A stretch of 64,000 bases of DNA from Thermofilaceae archaeon (GTDB taxonomy: Archaea; Thermoproteota; Thermoprotei; Thermofilales; Thermofilaceae), in the NCBI GenBank assembly GCA_038727095.1, contig JAVYWK010000003.1, forward strand, positions 36,795-100,794. Direction: 5' to 3'. Numbering within the stretch: position 1 is the stretch's first letter; each line of letters begins with the position of its first letter. The position numbers and the translations under genes were made by a program. Shown here piece after piece: positions 46,819 through 57,147 of the stretch. Under the pieces are notes generated by a model. It did not search any database. It saw only the letters and a program-made list of their open reading frames with translations, and was not told the origin of the DNA.

Positions 46819-47953
46819 CGTGCGCCACCTCTGGGCTCGCTAGAAGGTTTTGCGTCCATTCGAGCCGCGAGGTCAGCAGGGTGACTCCTGCAGCGGCTGC
46901 CACAATTGCGCCTAAAGCGAGCTCAAACCAAACTTCAACGAACCGAACCAGTATCGTCACGGCCATCGCTGCTGACCTTTCTACGCCGAGAGCGCTGAGG
47001 ATGACTAGGGTTCCAACCTCTGTAACGCCGAGCGCGGCGGGAATCCCCACGGGTAAAGCTGTCAGGTAGCAGTGGAGCGGAAACGATAGCAGGACGACCC
47101 AGAAGTCAACATCGTATCCCACAGCGGTGAAGAGGACGTTCAGCTCAAGCGCTCCAGCCAGCCATTGGAAAAGCATGAGCACTGTTGCGAGAATCATGTA
47201 ACCCTTCCTCCCCCAAGCCCCTCTAACGGACATAGCGACTGCTTCGACGAAGCTGTCAACCCTCTCCCCTAAGCTCAGGCTGTGGACGTTGTAGAGGCGG
47301 GCTACGAGCCTATCGGCGTACCTCGCCAACCTCCGAGAGACTCCTTTCAAGCTCTCAGGCCTTAAGAGCACGTAAGATGCGATCAGAGTGCTCAGGATCG
47401 CCATCGCGGTCACGATCGAAACGGCCTGCGGAAGGACCCCTCTAGCCGCAATATCGACCGAGGCGGCCGCTAGGAGGAGGATGAATGCTACGTTGTAGAG
47501 GAAGCGGTGGACGACGATCGTCGCTAGGAACTCGGCGTACCCCGCGTTCCTCTTGCTCCTGACGTAAGCGAGGCGAACTAGCTCCCCGGAAACCGACGCT
47601 GAAGCCACCAGCTTATCAGCCATCAGGCCGAGCACTGAGGCTACGAAACCATCAATGAAGCCTATCTCGACGCCGGTGGCTTTCGCTGCAGCGACCCAGG
47701 CGAAGGCGAAGAAGGCGATCGATGCGAAATCGAAGAGGCAGGCTAGCGCAACGTACAGGGGGTTTGCGTTGGCTATCCTGATAACCACTGCCCAAGGGTC
47801 GCTCAAGATGAAGGCTAGGGTTACGAGCACTGCGCCAACAGCGATCGCTAGCAAGACGCTCGCTTTAACCGGTGACGGCGCCACTGATGGTTCTGACCTT
47901 TCCCTTATTAAAGCGTTAGCGGTAGGCAATCCTTTAAGCGCCTTCAAGCACAA
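46802..47953 (-). CDS. Lysylphosphatidylglycerol-synthase-TM/AglD2-like flippase (start probably ~47883)
   Basis: Multi-TM; GELVR and PVGIPAALGVTE motifs. Confidence 0.8.
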   Translation of the reverse strand: MCLKALKGLPTANALIRERSEPSVAPSPVKASVLLAIAVGAVLVTLAFILSDPWAVVIRIANANPLYVALACLFDFASIAFFAFAWVAAAKATGVEIGFIDGFVASVLGLMADKLVASASVSGELVRLAYVRSKRNAGYAEFLATIVVHRFLYNVAFILLLAAASVDIAARGVLPQAVSIVTAMAILSTLIASYVLLRPESLKGVSRRLARYADRLVARLYNVHSLSLGERVDSFVEAVAMSVRGAWGRKGYMILATVLMLFQWLAGALELNVLFTAVGYDVDFWVVLLSFPLHCYLTALPVGIPAALGVTEVGTLVILSALGVERSAAMAVTILVRFVEVWFELALGAIVAAAAGVTLLTSRLEWTQNLLASPEVAHGGSRN

Positions 47954-47958
47954 AACCT

Positions 47959-48330
47959 GTGGGCGAGAGGAGACCGCTGCTGGCTAACGGTAGCATAGTT
48001 GGCAGCTACGAGCCCCTCTTCAAGTATTGGGAGCGCGTGAAAGAGAAGGGGGGCGAAGAACTGATCATCGGTCGCGAGGAGCTGGAGCTCATCGAGAGGA
48101 GGGTTAGGGAGGAGGGGAGGGTCTCGCTCCTTCAGCTAAAGAACGAGTTGGTGCAGCGCTTCTTGCCGCGCGTGGACCCGGATGCTGCGAGAGAGGCGTT
48201 CAGCAGCTTGGGCGTCCAGCTCGATGCTAGCGAGGCGCGGAGGATGATCGCGGAGATCTTCGCTGGGTGGGCACTGGAGGCGGCGAGGACGCTTGGCATC
48301 GTCGAGTTTAAAGGCTGGCTCCCCCGCTAG
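47959..48330 (+). CDS. Hypothetical protein
   Basis: Fills the gap between convergent genes, natural composition. Confidence 0.65.
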   Translation: MGERRPLLANGSIVGSYEPLFKYWERVKEKGGEELIIGREELELIERRVREEGRVSLLQLKNELVQRFLPRVDPDAAREAFSSLGVQLDASEARRMIAEIFAGWALEAARTLGIVEFKGWLPR

Positions 48331-49679
48331 GCGGAGGCTTTCACGAGAGGCCTGCCGACCCCGACGTAGATGACACCCTTCGGGGGTGTTCGCCACTCAT
48401 TGACTACGAGCCGCCCATCAACTATCGCCAGTCGATCGGTTTCGGCTAGCTTCTTCAGGAGCGTCGGAGTGAGGTCCACGTATTCGGGGTGGTCGGTCGC
48501 TATGACGACTACCTCTCTCCCCTTGACGGCTTCCGCGAGATCATGGGTAAGGGGGAGTCCAAGATCCCTCAGAGTCCGATCCTCCGCAACATAGGGGTCA
48601 TGGACGGTGATCAGCTCGTAACCCTTCTTCAGGAGGTGGTCGATGAGATCGTACGTGGGAGAGAGGCGGGTGTCGTCTATCCCGCCTCTGAACGCTAGCC
48701 CCAGTACAGCGATCCTCGGTTTGAGCGACCCCAGCTCTCGCGCGACGATATCCACCAACTCGGCTGTGAACCCCGGCATGGATAGGTTGATCTGCCGTGC
48801 AAGCTCGGTGAGGGGCAGCTCGAGCCCAAGCCTCCTGGCCACGTGGATTAGAAAGCGCGGGTAGACCGGTATGCAGTAGCCCCCGACACCTACGCCCGGC
48901 ATGTGCAAGTGACAGTAGGGCTGGCTGTTTGCGGTCGCTCTCACCTCCGAGTAGTCGATGCCCAGAGCCGCAGCCAGCTTGGCCAACTCGTTGGCGAGCG
49001 CGATGTTCACGTCCCTGTAAACACCCTCGGCCAGCTTCTCGAACTCGGCGGCCGTGGGGCTGGTCATTACGATCACCCCCTTCTTAGCCACCCTCTCGTA
49101 GAGGGCACGGGCGGCTTCGGCGCTACGGGGTCCGACGCCAGCCACGACTTTGGGGTATCTCTCCTCGATGTCTTCGACCGCTCTGCCCACGTAGACCCGT
49201 TCGGGGCTGTAAGCTAGGAGGAGCTCGTCTCCAACGTTGAGCCCGCTAGCCTTCTCGAGGGTTGGTGCAACAACCTCCAGAGTCGTGCCTGGAGGCACAG
49301 AGGATTCCACGACGACAAGATCCCCCTCCCGGGCGCCTCTGCCAGCTGCTTCAACCGCTGCTTCTAAGCTTGCGAAATCCGGTGTGCCGTCAGATCGAAG
49401 GTGTACAGGGACGGTGATTATCTTGACCCTGCACCTACTTGACGCTTCTACGCCGTCGGACGTAGCTTGAAACCTGCCCTCCCGCAGCCCCATTAGGATG
49501 GCCTCGCGAACCTTCGATTCAGCGTAGCTGACAACCCCCCTGTTAAGCTCACTAACACGCTCCTCCGATATATCAACACCTACGACCCGGAAACCCGCTC
49601 TCAGGAAGACCGCCGCTACGGCTTTCCCAACGTATCCCATCCCGTAAACCGCTACTCGATCCCTTTCGATCACATGCAA
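48327..49679 (-). CDS. UDP-sugar (UDP-GlcNAc/ManNAc) 6-dehydrogenase
   Basis: GMGYVG, ESSVPPGTT, YSPER, AEFEKLAE and GVGGYCIP motifs. Confidence 0.93.
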   Translation of the reverse strand: MHVIERDRVAVYGMGYVGKAVAAVFLRAGFRVVGVDISEERVSELNRGVVSYAESKVREAILMGLREGRFQATSDGVEASSRCRVKIITVPVHLRSDGTPDFASLEAAVEAAGRGAREGDLVVVESSVPPGTTLEVVAPTLEKASGLNVGDELLLAYSPERVYVGRAVEDIEERYPKVVAGVGPRSAEAARALYERVAKKGVIVMTSPTAAEFEKLAEGVYRDVNIALANELAKLAAALGIDYSEVRATANSQPYCHLHMPGVGVGGYCIPVYPRFLIHVARRLGLELPLTELARQINLSMPGFTAELVDIVARELGSLKPRIAVLGLAFRGGIDDTRLSPTYDLIDHLLKKGYELITVHDPYVAEDRTLRDLGLPLTHDLAEAVKGREVVVIATDHPEYVDLTPTLLKKLAETDRLAIVDGRLVVNEWRTPPKGVIYVGVGRPLVKASA

Positions 49680-49767
49680 TCAAGCCCCCACAGCACTTAA
49701 CCTTTGCCCTGCTTTAGGAGAAGCTTGCGCAGGTTCTTGCAGCAGAAGGATATCCTCGCCTGGTCCA

Positions 49768-50409
49768 CTACAGCGTCACTTCGTAGACTTCGCGGGGGCG
49801 GAGGATGACGACGGTGGTTTTGCCGGCGAGCAGCTCGGCTAACCGCTTTGCCTCCTCCAAGCTGCAGTGAACGGGTACGACGAGCTGGGCTCCCACTTCC
49901 GTGGCCATCATCGAAGCGCTCTCAGGCGTTGAGAAAGACGAGCCTCCAGCGGGCAGGAAGGCCAGGTTAGCCTTCAACTTCTGAAGCGGCACGTAACCCG
50001 TGTCACCCGCGAATAGCACGGATGGCCCCCAAGTCACGTAGTACAGGTTTGTGGGAACCTCGTGCTTACCCTCAAGCGCGTAGATCTTTAGCTCGCCAAC
50101 CCTGAAACCGCGCCTCGGCTTCAGCTCCATCAGCTTGATCGAGGGTACGAAGCTCGCTACAGCTCTGCAAACCTCGCCGGTGCCTACGATCAGCGAGCTC
50201 TTCATCTCCACGAGCTTCATGACCGTCCTCTCGTGGAAATGATCGTCCAGGTGGTGCGTAAACAGGGTGATCACAGTCCCCCTCAGCTTAACAATATCAT
50301 CGTCCGAGAGGTGGTCGGCGGGGTCGAACACGAGCGTGCAATCCTGAACCGTAAGCACCACGCATGCTCCCCCCATGAAGGAGAAAACCACGCGATTCGC
50401 GGATCCCAC
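49768..50409 (-). CDS. Metallo-beta-lactamase-fold hydrolase
   Basis: FDP, THHLDDH, GKH, FAGDT and VPVH motifs. Confidence 0.85.
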   Translation of the reverse strand: MGSANRVVFSFMGGACVVLTVQDCTLVFDPADHLSDDDIVKLRGTVITLFTHHLDDHFHERTVMKLVEMKSSLIVGTGEVCRAVASFVPSIKLMELKPRRGFRVGELKIYALEGKHEVPTNLYYVTWGPSVLFAGDTGYVPLQKLKANLAFLPAGGSSFSTPESASMMATEVGAQLVVPVHCSLEEAKRLAELLAGKTTVVILRPREVYEVTL

Positions 50410-50503
50410 ACCATCACCACTCCGAATAAGGTGTTAGTCGTTAATTTGCTTTGCTAAATCAAGCTTATTAGCCATCGCTTCGCGGGCGCCGCCGGGATGA
50501 AGC

Positions 50504-51616
50504 TTGCAGGTGCCTATCGCCAGGCCCCTCATGGGCGAGGAGGAGCTTGAGGCTGTGAGAAGGGTTCTCGAGAGCGGGATCATCGCTCACGGCCCTGAGG
50601 TCGAGAGCTTCGAGAGGGAGTTCGCTGAGTACGTGGGCGTCGAGTACGCCGTGGCCGTGGCGAACGGCACAGCGGCCCTCGACCTGGTGCTGAAGGCTTA
50701 CGGCATAGCGCCGGGCGACGAGGTCATCACAACCCCCTTCACGTTCGTAGCCACTGCCAACGCAATCCTCTACCAGGGGGCGAAGCCGGTCTTCGCCGAT
50801 ATCGACCCTAAGACCTACAACATCGACCCCAACAGCGTCCTCGAATCGATCACTCCGCGCTCGAAAGCTATCATTGTAGTGCACCTGTACGGGCAGCCCG
50901 CCGACATGAAGGCGCTAAGGGAGATAGCCGACGACTACAAGCTGATTCTAATCGAGGACGCGGCGCAAGCCCATGGAGCCGAGTTCGAGGGGAAAAAGGC
51001 TGGCTCCCTCGGTGACGCGGCGATCTTCAGCTTCTATGCCACGAAGAACATGACGACCGGTGAGGGGGGTATGGTGACCACGAACGACCGGAGGATTGCC
51101 GAGCGCGTAAAGCTACTGAGGGACCACGGGCAAGCCGAGAAGTACCTCCACGTCGAATTAGGGTACAACTTGAGGATGACCAGCATCCAGGCGGCAATAG
51201 GCCGCGTCCAGCTCCGCAAGCTCGACCGCTTCAACGAGATTAGACGGAGAAACGCTAAATTCCTTACCGAGAGCCTTTCGAGCATCCGGGGCCTCACCCC
51301 ACCTTACGAGGACCCCAGGGTTAAGCACGTCTACCATCAGTACGTGGTTCGGGTCGAGGACGGGTTCCCGCTAACACGAGACGAGCTGAAGGAGTTCCTC
51401 GCGGAAAGGGGTGTGGGTACCGCGATCCACTACCCCCTCCCCGTGTTCATGCAGCCCCTGTACAGGCGGCTCGGATACCCCTCGGACATGTGCCCCAACT
51501 CAATCGAAGCCAGCAGGAGGGTTCTCAGCCTCCCAGTGCACCCGGCCCTCGCCGAGCAGCAACTGAGGTACGTAGTCGATTGCCTCAAGGAGGCTGCCTC
51601 GAGAGAGCATCGATAG
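50504..51616 (+). CDS. DegT/DnrJ/EryC1/StrS sugar aminotransferase
   Basis: NGTAAL, IEDAAQAHG and FSFYATKNMTTGEGG motifs. Confidence 0.96.
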   Translation: MQVPIARPLMGEEELEAVRRVLESGIIAHGPEVESFEREFAEYVGVEYAVAVANGTAALDLVLKAYGIAPGDEVITTPFTFVATANAILYQGAKPVFADIDPKTYNIDPNSVLESITPRSKAIIVVHLYGQPADMKALREIADDYKLILIEDAAQAHGAEFEGKKAGSLGDAAIFSFYATKNMTTGEGGMVTTNDRRIAERVKLLRDHGQAEKYLHVELGYNLRMTSIQAAIGRVQLRKLDRFNEIRRRNAKFLTESLSSIRGLTPPYEDPRVKHVYHQYVVRVEDGFPLTRDELKEFLAERGVGTAIHYPLPVFMQPLYRRLGYPSDMCPNSIEASRRVLSLPVHPALAEQQLRYVVDCLKEAASREHR

Positions 51617-51682
51617 AAAAGTTTATAAACTGGTTATATACGTCTTTTCCCGCCTTTCCAGCCCCCTAAACACTGCCTCCGG

Positions 51683-52684
51683 GTGACCCTCATGCTCGCG
51701 ATCGTAGCTCGTGAACTCAGAAAATCGTATGTCGTCCGCACGAGGAAAGGCCTGCTCACGTGGGAGAAGAAGGTAGTCGAGGCGCTAAAGGGGGTCTCAC
51801 TCACCGTCAAGAAGGGCGAGATTTTGGGGGTTCTGGGCCATAATGGAGCTGGCAAGAGTACATTCGTGAAGATACTAGCCACGCTCCTGCTGCCGGACAG
51901 CGGCGAGGCCGAGATTCTCGGCCTCGACCTGGTTAGGGAGAGAGATGAGGTTAGAAGGATCATTGGCGTGTCCCTTAGCGTCGAGAAGGGTTTCTTCCCG
52001 AGGTTGACGGCACGAGAGAACCTGAAGTACTTCGGGATGCTTTACGGTTTGAGTGGGAGAGAGCTCGATAGAAGGGTGAAAGAAGCTCTTGAGGCGCTAA
52101 GCTTGCAGAAGCACGCAGACAAAATGTACGAGGAACTCTCGTTGGGCATGAAGGCCAGGCTGAGCATCGCTAGGGCCCTCCTTCACGACCCTGAAGTGCT
52201 AATCCTGGATGAGCCTACGCTTGGCCTCGACCCCGTGACGGCTAGGCGCGTGAGAGCCCTTCTCGTCAACCTAGCTCGTAGCCAGGGCAAGACCATCCTG
52301 CTGACCACGCACAACATGGCGGAGGCTGAGGCCGTTTGCGATAGAGTCGCGATAATGAGCGAGGGGAGGATAGTCGCTGTTGATTCAGTTGAGGGGCTTC
52401 GACGAAGGGTGAGCGGCACAGTTTTCCTGGAGCTTAGGCTGCCTAGCTGGGAGAGCTCGCAAGCGATATCCCTCCTAAAGAGGATGCCGGAGGTGACGGT
52501 GTCCGCCGTTCACAAGGGGGCTCAAGCCGACCGAGTGCTCATCTCCGCACCGCTCTCGGGAGCCGACGAGGCGCTAATCAACATCCTCCGCGCTCTGAGG
52601 AGCTCCGGGTACAAGGTGAGGGGTGTCAGCTTGAGGGAGCCAACGCTTGAGGACGTCTTCATCGAGCTCGTCGGTGCGAGGTGA
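51683..52684 (+). CDS. ABC-2 exporter ATP-binding subunit
   Basis: GHNGAGKST, LSLGM, ILDEPT, TTH and PTLEDVF motifs. Confidence 0.95.
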   Translation: MTLMLAIVARELRKSYVVRTRKGLLTWEKKVVEALKGVSLTVKKGEILGVLGHNGAGKSTFVKILATLLLPDSGEAEILGLDLVRERDEVRRIIGVSLSVEKGFFPRLTARENLKYFGMLYGLSGRELDRRVKEALEALSLQKHADKMYEELSLGMKARLSIARALLHDPEVLILDEPTLGLDPVTARRVRALLVNLARSQGKTILLTTHNMAEAEAVCDRVAIMSEGRIVAVDSVEGLRRRVSGTVFLELRLPSWESSQAISLLKRMPEVTVSAVHKGAQADRVLISAPLSGADEALINILRALRSSGYKVRGVSLREPTLEDVFIELVGAR

Positions 52685-53451
52685 GCGGCATGAGGAGGGT
52701 GCTCAACCTGCTCAAAGCTGGCGCCTACTACGAAGTTAAACTCCTGAAGAACAACCCGGGGGTGTTGGCCTTGCTCGTCCTTCGACCGTACGTCGCACTG
52801 CTCTTGACGTACTCCCTGGACCGCTCAGGCACGCTCTCCTCCTACTTCCTCCAGAGCCTATCCCTGCTAGCTTCGATCGATGCTGTCTGGGACATCGCCG
52901 GATTGGCTTTGTTGGCTAGGTGGACCGGCAGCCTACCCTACCTCTCGCTTACCCCCTCCAGCTTGAGCAGCGTCCTCGTCCTCACGTACGTGCCCCGCTA
53001 CGTTATCGAGAGCCTTCTGAAGGCCCTCGCACTATCGCCTCTCCTCTTCCTCGAGCTAGCAGCCCCGGAGGCGCTCAAGATCGTCCTCCTCTCGCTGTTC
53101 CTCGTTACGCTCGGCCTACTACCGCTCCTAGGGTTTAGCATGCTTGTAGCATCAGCAACACTGGCTGTCAAGGAAGACGCGCTGTGGCTTGAATGGGTGA
53201 CACCGGTGCTACTCCTGCTAGCCGGCGTCCTTTACCCCGTCAGCCTGCTACCCGGCTGGGTTAGGGCGCTCTCCAGCGCAATACCGCTGACACACTTGAT
53301 GGAGGCTTCAGCCGCGCTGCTCAGCGGCAGAGAGGGGTGGGCGGCGAGCCTTGCAGCCGCCCTAGCCCTCTCAGCGGTTCACAACGCAGCCGGAGGCCTG
53401 CTGTCCACGCACGTCGAGCGCAGGCTTTTCAAGCAGGGCGGGTTGACGTGA
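52681..53451 (+). CDS. ABC-2 permease
   Basis: Multi-TM; GVLYPVSLLPGW...IPLTH. Confidence 0.85.
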   Translation: MSGMRRVLNLLKAGAYYEVKLLKNNPGVLALLVLRPYVALLLTYSLDRSGTLSSYFLQSLSLLASIDAVWDIAGLALLARWTGSLPYLSLTPSSLSSVLVLTYVPRYVIESLLKALALSPLLFLELAAPEALKIVLLSLFLVTLGLLPLLGFSMLVASATLAVKEDALWLEWVTPVLLLLAGVLYPVSLLPGWVRALSSAIPLTHLMEASAALLSGREGWAASLAAALALSAVHNAAGGLLSTHVERRLFKQGGLT

Positions 53452-54194
53452 GGAAGCTACGCGTTTTACTCTGGTTGAACCTCCTCAGGATGAGAAGGAA
53501 CGCTCTCGCGACCATAGCCGGCTCGCTCACCGACGCTCTTTGGGCACTGGCTGTGCTAGCCGGCGCCCTAGTATCGGGTGCGCCGGCTAGGGAGGTGTTC
53601 TGGGCCCTTATCGCATGGATACTTGTCGTGAACGTCACGTGGATGCTGGGGGGCTGGCTCGACTACCTTGCGTCGCTGGGGCTCGTTGAGGAGCACCTCA
53701 TACGCGGAGTAGCACTCTCCCGCCTGCTGCTGTGCAGAGCCCTAACGACTTTCATCTCTGCCGGCTTCTCTTCACTGCTCACCTACATCGGTGCGCAACT
53801 GCTTCTGCGGGACGCGCTGACCCCAGCCTCGATACCTCACGCGGTGCTCGCGCTACTCGCGCTAGCACTCCACTCGCTCGCTTACGGCGGAGCCCTCGCA
53901 GCTCTATCCCTCACGGCGCTAATCCCCAGCTACTTGTTGGACTTCATCAGCTTCGCCTTTCTCGGCATACTCCTGCTCCCACTCCCACCAGATCAGGTCG
54001 AGAAGCTCGCCTGGCTGCCGATCGTGGGCCCCGCGTACTTGCTGAAGGCCTCAGCTGCAGCTCCTCCGCCGCTTACAGCTCTCGCCGCTTCGGCCGCCTT
54101 GGCCGCCCCTCTCCTGGCTCTCGCGCTAGCCCTAATCAAGCTGGCATCGGCAAGGATAGAGAAAAGAGGTGTGAAGGTCACGAGTGCTATCTAG
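53448..54194 (+). CDS. Second ABC-2 permease
   Basis: Multi-TM; GTG start overlapping the upstream TGA (GTGA). Confidence 0.75.
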   Translation: MRKLRVLLWLNLLRMRRNALATIAGSLTDALWALAVLAGALVSGAPAREVFWALIAWILVVNVTWMLGGWLDYLASLGLVEEHLIRGVALSRLLLCRALTTFISAGFSSLLTYIGAQLLLRDALTPASIPHAVLALLALALHSLAYGGALAALSLTALIPSYLLDFISFAFLGILLLPLPPDQVEKLAWLPIVGPAYLLKASAAAPPPLTALAASAALAAPLLALALALIKLASARIEKRGVKVTSAI

Positions 54195-54205
54195 CGGGAA
54201 AAACG

Positions 54206-54409
54206 CTAAGGCTGCTGCACCCCCTTGAACTTCTCGCTGGCTTGAACGCCGCCTATTCCCCAGTTCTCCTTCGGAACTTCGTGTATTAGCACTTCTACAG
54301 CGCTTTCAGGAATTCCCAGGTCGGCGAACACCCTAGTTATACCGGCGATAATCCTTCTCTTCGTCTCGTCCGATAGACCCTTCCACACGTAAACGTGCAC
54401 GACAGGCAT
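54206..54409 (-). CDS. 4-oxalocrotonate tautomerase family protein
   Basis: Starts MPVVHV (catalytic Pro1); EVPKENWGIGG. Confidence 0.9.
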   Translation of the reverse strand: MPVVHVYVWKGLSDETKRRIIAGITRVFADLGIPESAVEVLIHEVPKENWGIGGVQASEKFKGVQQP

Positions 54410-54440
54410 GGCCTCCCCCATTACGCGCAGGCAGGGTCTT

Positions 54441-55877
54441 TCAAGCTTTCAGCTGCTCCACCACTTGCTTTAGTAAATCTTCGGCCTTCAGCGAGCCGGA
54501 GTGAACGTCCTCGACGCGCGTGTTCACGAACGTAAAGATCCTGGTGAGGAGATCCCACGGCTCGTCGTCGATCTTGACGAGGCCGAAGTTGCTGTTTTCG
54601 CCGTCGAAGCGGCCTTGCGCGGGCTGATCGGTGTACTGGAACCAGTGGTAGCCCACAACGAAGGGGAGCTCGACGATGCTGAGCATGTAGCGGGCCGTGT
54701 AGTAGGCCCTCTCCCTCTGGTCGCGAACGGGCTGGCCAGCGCCCCTCGTGTTGGGGAGCCCCGAGTCCATGGCTTTGTATGAGAACTCCGTCACCATCAC
54801 CGGCTTACCCGTCACCTCGTACACCCAGCGTAGCACGCCGACCGGCGGCTCGTGGTTCCCGTAAGTGTAGTAGTTCAGCGTGACTACATCGGCGTACCTG
54901 CCAACCACCTCAAGAACCTCTCGGGGTGGAGGACCTGCGAACCGTACCCCTAGAATCAGGTGGTTGGGATCGTAGCTCCTAACAGCGTTCACCCCCACGC
55001 TCATGTAGCGCTCAGCGAAGGCGCGCAGGAAGAGGCTGCGGGCAGAATCGAAAGGCCCGCCGGCGGGGAGATCGCCCATGAAGCGGAGTAGATCGTCAAA
55101 GCTTCGAAGAGTTACCCCGAGTGACGCACCGAGCCTTTCCAAATCCCCGCCAAACGCTTCGACCAGAGCTTCAGCGGCAACCCTCTTGCCCGGCGCGTCA
55201 GCGGGCAGCTTGATGAAGTCGTCGAGGAGGTGCCTCGGGGACCGCCAGTCGGGACCCCACCTCAGCTCGTTGTCCAGGAAGTAGCCGATCAGCAGCGGGT
55301 CGCGAGCCCTAGGAGCGCACTTCTTAGCTACTACGCTCCTCGCGTGCTCCTCGAACTTTGGGTCGAAGATGTCTGGAACCCTTCCCGTGACCCAGTCGAA
55401 ACCGTAGCTGGCCATTACGTCGAGTATCAGCGTGTACGGCATCTGGGTGAAGAGCGGCTCGTAGGACCACGAACCGATCGTGTTGAAGCCCCAGCTGCGC
55501 AGTCTCAACACCGTTGCTTCCAGCCACGAATCGAAGCTCCCGTACTTGCCTCGCACGGCCCTCTCGTAGGGGGAATACCCCAGGGCCGGCGAGTAGTCCC
55601 CGTACGGACTAACGTGGTTCACCCCCTTCGATACGAAGGCGCAGCCGAGCGGGTCAACAAGCCAGTAGGTCCCGTTACGCTGAGCCACGTAGAAGAAGCC
55701 CCGGGCCTCGAACCAGCACATCCCGCGATGCCCCCCGAAGATGTTGTAGCGATCCAAGCCGAGGCTCGGTTCAACTTGACTCGCAGCACCTCCCCTCTCC
55801 CGTTTGAGGGTGAAAGCCGTTAAGGCTACCACCAGTGCGATGGAGAGAACCACGTTTAAGAGCTTACTCCTGTCCAC
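54441..55877 (-). CDS. Membrane-anchored GH-A clan glycoside hydrolase (GH50 beta-agarase-like)
   Basis: N-terminal TM, WLVDPLG, WGFNTIGSW, GYFLDNEL, DPNHLILGVRF, VTEFS, VGYHWFQY and DGENSNFG motifs. Confidence 0.85.
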   Translation of the reverse strand: MDRSKLLNVVLSIALVVALTAFTLKRERGGAASQVEPSLGLDRYNIFGGHRGMCWFEARGFFYVAQRNGTYWLVDPLGCAFVSKGVNHVSPYGDYSPALGYSPYERAVRGKYGSFDSWLEATVLRLRSWGFNTIGSWSYEPLFTQMPYTLILDVMASYGFDWVTGRVPDIFDPKFEEHARSVVAKKCAPRARDPLLIGYFLDNELRWGPDWRSPRHLLDDFIKLPADAPGKRVAAEALVEAFGGDLERLGASLGVTLRSFDDLLRFMGDLPAGGPFDSARSLFLRAFAERYMSVGVNAVRSYDPNHLILGVRFAGPPPREVLEVVGRYADVVTLNYYTYGNHEPPVGVLRWVYEVTGKPVMVTEFSYKAMDSGLPNTRGAGQPVRDQRERAYYTARYMLSIVELPFVVGYHWFQYTDQPAQGRFDGENSNFGLVKIDDEPWDLLTRIFTFVNTRVEDVHSGSLKAEDLLKQVVEQLKA

Positions 55878-56014
55878 AGTATGCCCCAGCGACCTTGCTT
55901 AAAGGTTACCCCCTTGCGCAGGAGTGCTCAATCAGCTCAGAACGCGGAACTCCCGTGTGGGGTGCGGGAAACTAGTAGTGGTGCGCTTGACGTCCAGACG
56001 AGCTGAACCTTCTG

Positions 56015-56974
56015 CTAGGCCTTCTGGATTTCGCGCAGGATGCTTCTCGCAGCTTCGGTGACGGCTTCCCTGCTCTTCAGCTTGGGTTTCCATCCGAGGC
56101 TCTTGAGCTTCTCGATCTTCAATGCGACGCGCTTGACGTCGCCAGGCCACCCCACACCGTGTAGAACCGGCTTGTAGACGAACTCTACGCCCCTTAACCC
56201 CATAGCGCCCACAACGATTTCAGCAACCTCCCTAACCGTTATCCAATCCTCGCTAGCCACGTTGTACACTTCGTAGCCCCCCGCCGACTTCTCCCACGCG
56301 GTAATCGTCGCTTCCACCGCGTCACTAACGTGGATGTAGCTGCGAGTCTGCGTCCCGTCGCCCAGGATCTCCAACACGCTGGGATTCCCCTTCAACTTGA
56401 CGATGAAGTCGTAGACGGCTCCGTGCCTCAACCTCGGCCCAACAACGTTGGCGTAACGGAGCACCACAACTCTGATGCCGTAGAGCCTGGAGTACGCGTG
56501 CATTAGGTTCTCGCAGGCGGCTTTGCTCGCCCCGTAGACGGAGACGGGCCTCACAGGCGCATCTTCACCCACGGGGATCTCGTCCGGCTCCCCGTAGACG
56601 CTGCTCGATGAGGCGAAGACTAGGTCGCGAACACCGCTCTTCCTCATAGCCTCGAGGAGGTTGAAGGTGGCTACGACGTTCTCGCTGAAGTGCACCTCCG
56701 GATTCGTCGTGCTTACGCGCACCTCCGGATTCGCAGCCAGGTGGAAAACCGTCTGAGCCCCCTTGACAGCCTCGTATGCCTCCTCAGGGCTCTTTAGATC
56801 CAGCTTCAGGAACTCAACGTTGCGGCTCTCGAGGTGCTGCTTGATGTTATCAGGGGTCCCGCTGCTGAGGTTATCAACGACGCGGATCCGCCAACCCCTC
56901 GCGACCAAGTGGTCCACCAGGTGGCTCCCAATAAACCCCGCTCCTCCAGTGACAACGAGTAGCCCACCGCTCAT
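56015..56974 (-). CDS. NAD-dependent epimerase/dehydratase (GalE-like)
   Basis: VTGGAGFIGSH, SSSSVYG and YGASK motifs. Confidence 0.95.
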   Translation of the reverse strand: MSGGLLVVTGGAGFIGSHLVDHLVARGWRIRVVDNLSSGTPDNIKQHLESRNVEFLKLDLKSPEEAYEAVKGAQTVFHLAANPEVRVSTTNPEVHFSENVVATFNLLEAMRKSGVRDLVFASSSSVYGEPDEIPVGEDAPVRPVSVYGASKAACENLMHAYSRLYGIRVVVLRYANVVGPRLRHGAVYDFIVKLKGNPSVLEILGDGTQTRSYIHVSDAVEATITAWEKSAGGYEVYNVASEDWITVREVAEIVVGAMGLRGVEFVYKPVLHGVGWPGDVKRVALKIEKLKSLGWKPKLKSREAVTEAARSILREIQKA

Positions 56975-57092
56975 TTTTAAGCCACCGCTCGGTAAAGGTA
57001 GCTTGGATTAAAACGCTTTGGGTTTAACCACACGCGCCCGAATGGGCTGTGCCTTGATGGAGTTCGGATGCAATGCGGACGTCTCAATTCCG

Positions 57093-57127
57093 GTGTTACT
57101 TTACTTGAATAAAGTAATATTTATAAA
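57093..57127 (+). promoter_or_regulatory. NikR-type operator directly upstream of the TATA box of the ECF operon
   Basis: GTGTTA-N16-TAATAT (inner TTACTTTA-N6-TAAAGTAA perfect), followed by TTTATAAA ~25 nt before the start. Confidence 0.7.
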
Positions 57128-57147
57128 GCGCATCGTGCTCACCCGCC

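Noticed and set aside
57093-57120. Xer/dif site (11-6-11 geometry)
   Set aside because: Its position abutting the TATA box of a Ni/Co transporter and the 6-16-6 match favour a NikR operator
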